The notes under the pieces: generated by a model | Seen by the model: only the letters and a program-made list of their open reading frames with translations | The model's database searches: none | Told to the model about the DNA's origin: nothing | Assembly (NCBI GenBank): GCA_046563655.1 | Contig: CM102285.1 | Location: 11,532,001-11,596,000 of the forward strand | DNA: 64,000 nt | DNA from: Yuukianura sp. NJ FZ-2021 | Lineage: Eukaryota | Direction: 5' to 3' | Shown here: positions 61,252-64,000 of the stretch, piece by piece | Numbering within the stretch: the stretch's first letter is position 1 | Layout: each line of letters opens with the position of its first letter | Position numbers and translations under genes: made by a program

Positions 61252-61945
61252 TTGGAAACTAAACTTAACTTTCTCTTGAAGCGTTCGTGTCAACAACCCT
61301 TTACATACTAAATGTTATTGAAATATATCTTTATGAGATACACTCTTCTAGGAAAATTTCAACCCCCTGTAAATGATTTGAGGTGAACATTAACACAACT
61401 TGAGGAACTGAATAAGCTCATAAACTGGTTGCTATAAGGTGTATAACAACCCAGCTTCAAATTCGATTACTCCACTTACAGTTACTCGTGCTTAGATTCT
61501 TCAAATGAAAAAGACGCTTTGGAATACACAGACTTAAATGGCACACGAGAGACGTATTTATCATGAATTTGGTTTTTACTATTGTAGCCATGTAGTTTAC
61601 GAAAGCAACGTAAAATAGCAATGTCGTCGTCACCTATGTCGCCACAACCCATGTCACTATGTAGTAACTATTTGTGAAATCGAAAATTTGCATTTCCTCA
61701 TAATTTTTCTGAGTCGGGATTAGGTTTCCGTTCCTGAGTTATGAATTTTGTTTTAATTTTCAAAGTTTTTTGGAAAAATCGTATCACGGGAACGTTAAGT
61801 TAACCTAAAAGTTAATTTTTCCAAAAAAAAATAATAAATAAATAAAAAATAATTCTGCACTCATTGTCGTAAATTAATCAGAATGTAATTTAGATCCTCA
61901 AGAGGGTTTTTAAAAAATCCAAACCATATTTTACTTTCTTCATCA

Positions 61946-63749
61946 TCAATCAAAGGTTTGATAGTCTCCTACTAATGTTTTCCTAGGCTTCTGCTCAAGT
62001 TTAGTCAAATCAACAGTCTTGTTCAAATGAAATTGAATTTCTTCCAACGTCATGTTTCTCGTCTCCGGTACACAGAAGAATACGAAAACAGTTGCAAGGA
62101 TCCCAAAAGTTCCGAACATCCAAAAAGACCATTGCATTCCACAGCAATTAGCTACAACATTGAAGTACCTTGTGATAACAAACGAAAGGAAAAAGTGGAT
62201 AGACGATCCCAGTCCAGAAGTTATTCCTGAAAAGTAAGAAACAGTTTGAGACATTTGAGACGCCAAAGAGAAAGTCCAAGTGTTTTCACTTGCCTACGAT
62301 GTTATTAGGTACAATTTCGGTCATGACGAGCCAGGGAACATTGTACCACCCACTAGCGTAAGTGCTAATGTAGACCAGCACCATTGTCAATGGAATCCAT
62401 TCAATACTTTCGAGTCCTTCCTTGTTTGTTGATTTCACGTAAAAGTAGAATCCTAGAATGATAACTGGAAAAGTAGAACAAATTCCGGAAGTGAGTAAAA
62501 GTGGTCGTCTTCCGATGGAATCTACGAAGAAACTTGATAAAGCTACAGTGATGACCAGTATAAATCCGATGATGACTGTACTCAAGTGGGGGTTAATCAG
62601 AGTTCCAGCTGCCTCAAATATTGTTACGGAAAAGTAGAGTAGTGAAGGATATCCAAGGCACTGCTGGAACATCATGAGACCCATACTGATCAGAAGCGGC
62701 CTCATTACAGTTGGGGACGCCAGCCTCGCGATGCAAGAACCATTCTTGGGTTTTAGTAAACTGGTTTGAATCTGCAATTTGAAAATCAAATTTAGAACAA
62801 GGTATTTTTGCCAAAAAGTTTATATGTTGAATTACCAAGTTCATTTCTTCCTGAACTTCATCAGACGCGTCCGTTCCACGGAGCCAACACAATGCGTCGA
62901 ATGCTTCTTTAAGTTTGTTTCTTGTAAGAAGAAATCTTGGCGATTCAGGCACAACGCTAAGCAGAATTAGGTACAAAAATGAAGGAATTGCGGATATGAA
63001 CGTTTGCGACTTCCAGTCGACCAATGATCCCACGGTGTAAGAAAACAGTGTGCCAATTGCAGGCATAACTTGACCACATGAGTTTAATGTTCCTCGGATG
63101 TCACGGTCACTCACATCGGAGATGTAAACTACTGGAGCAAAAACTGCAGCGCCCATCGAAATCCCTGAGAATTCAAAACAAAACCATTAATTCAAAACTT
63201 CAACCTAAAATGAACTATTTTTTAAGATTGAGAATTTGGACATTCTTTTTACCGGCAATGAACCTCCCAGCATACAGCATCTCCACAGTTACTGCAAATC
63301 CCGTCAGTGAAAATCCAAGAATGAGCAGTACAGCTTGTCCGATCATTGTCGCCTTCCTTCCAAATTGATCCACACAAATTCCTGCTAGAGGAGCGGAGAG
63401 GAAAGCAGCAAACTGCAAATTGTCACAACAATATTATTTAGAAACATGAAAAATTCAAAATTTTCGAAAATCAAAATTTTGGCGAATCTCACCGGAGCCA
63501 ACGAAACTATCCATGATTGTTCTATGAGCGTCGTGTCTGAAAAACGTTCATCCTTCAACAAGCTGGGAACCGCTGTTGACGACCAACTTGATATCACCCC
63601 ATACGCAAAAATTCCAATTGAAGCTAAAACAAAAATCAAATACTAAAAACAAGAATTCAAAATTAAAATTCACAAATCTTACCCGTAAATGCAGCCAAAA
63701 TTTGAGGTCTTCGTCGTTTTGAAAATACGGAAGTTAGAGAAAGGGGCAT
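61946..63749 (-). CDS. Tret1: Tret1-like sugar porter, copy G (multi-exon)
   Basis: WSST, DQFGRK, VYISDV, PESPRFL, VDSIGRRPLL, VPWLVMTEI, VPETRN. Confidence 0.87.
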
Positions 63750-64000
63750 TTCTGAACTATTTCTAACAGAAAATCAGCACCTCATTGGAAAGGTATTATT
63801 GACAAGCCAATCTACAGATAAAGTCATCACTTTTCATGACACTTGAAGGTTGGGCATGACGCGTGCAAAGGTGATGCGCTGCAATTAGCTGGAGACAAAT
63901 ACGATGTAGAGATCACCAAAACTGACGTCACTGCAGGAGAAAATTTTCGTCCAAATTGCAGTTTCTGTTTATACTACTTACACAAAGTGTTGAAGATAGG

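Overview
Eukaryotic, AT-rich, intron-rich invertebrate DNA. It looks like a small-intron hexapod such as a springtail, but that is an inference from gene content and intron style. From left to right the window holds: the 3' part of a NOL4/NOL4L-like gene (+); a complex direct/inverted-repeat block (6.5-9.2 kb); a 5-exon CABIT-domain (Serrano/GAREM/Themis-like) gene (+); RpS20 (-); a secreted single-domain ricin-B lectin (-); a 77-aa Cys-rich membrane microprotein (+) missing from the ORF track; and a TIR element. These are followed by seven tandem Tret1-like sugar-porter genes (all -). The transporter cluster is interrupted by UDP-glucose 4-epimerase (GalE, +) and by a ~6 kb accessory block containing a ~215-bp tandem repeat, a decayed intron-bearing WDR3/Utp12 fragment and a 570-bp tandem array. 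The most striking signal lies just 3' of that array on the + strand: a type III hammerhead ribozyme (52917-52968) with sTRSV-like loops. Its cleavage-site strand can alternatively fold into a U1A/SNF-type AUUGCAC hairpin, which makes it a candidate natural protein-switched ribozyme. All structures were derived by eye; nothing was folded or searched computationally.
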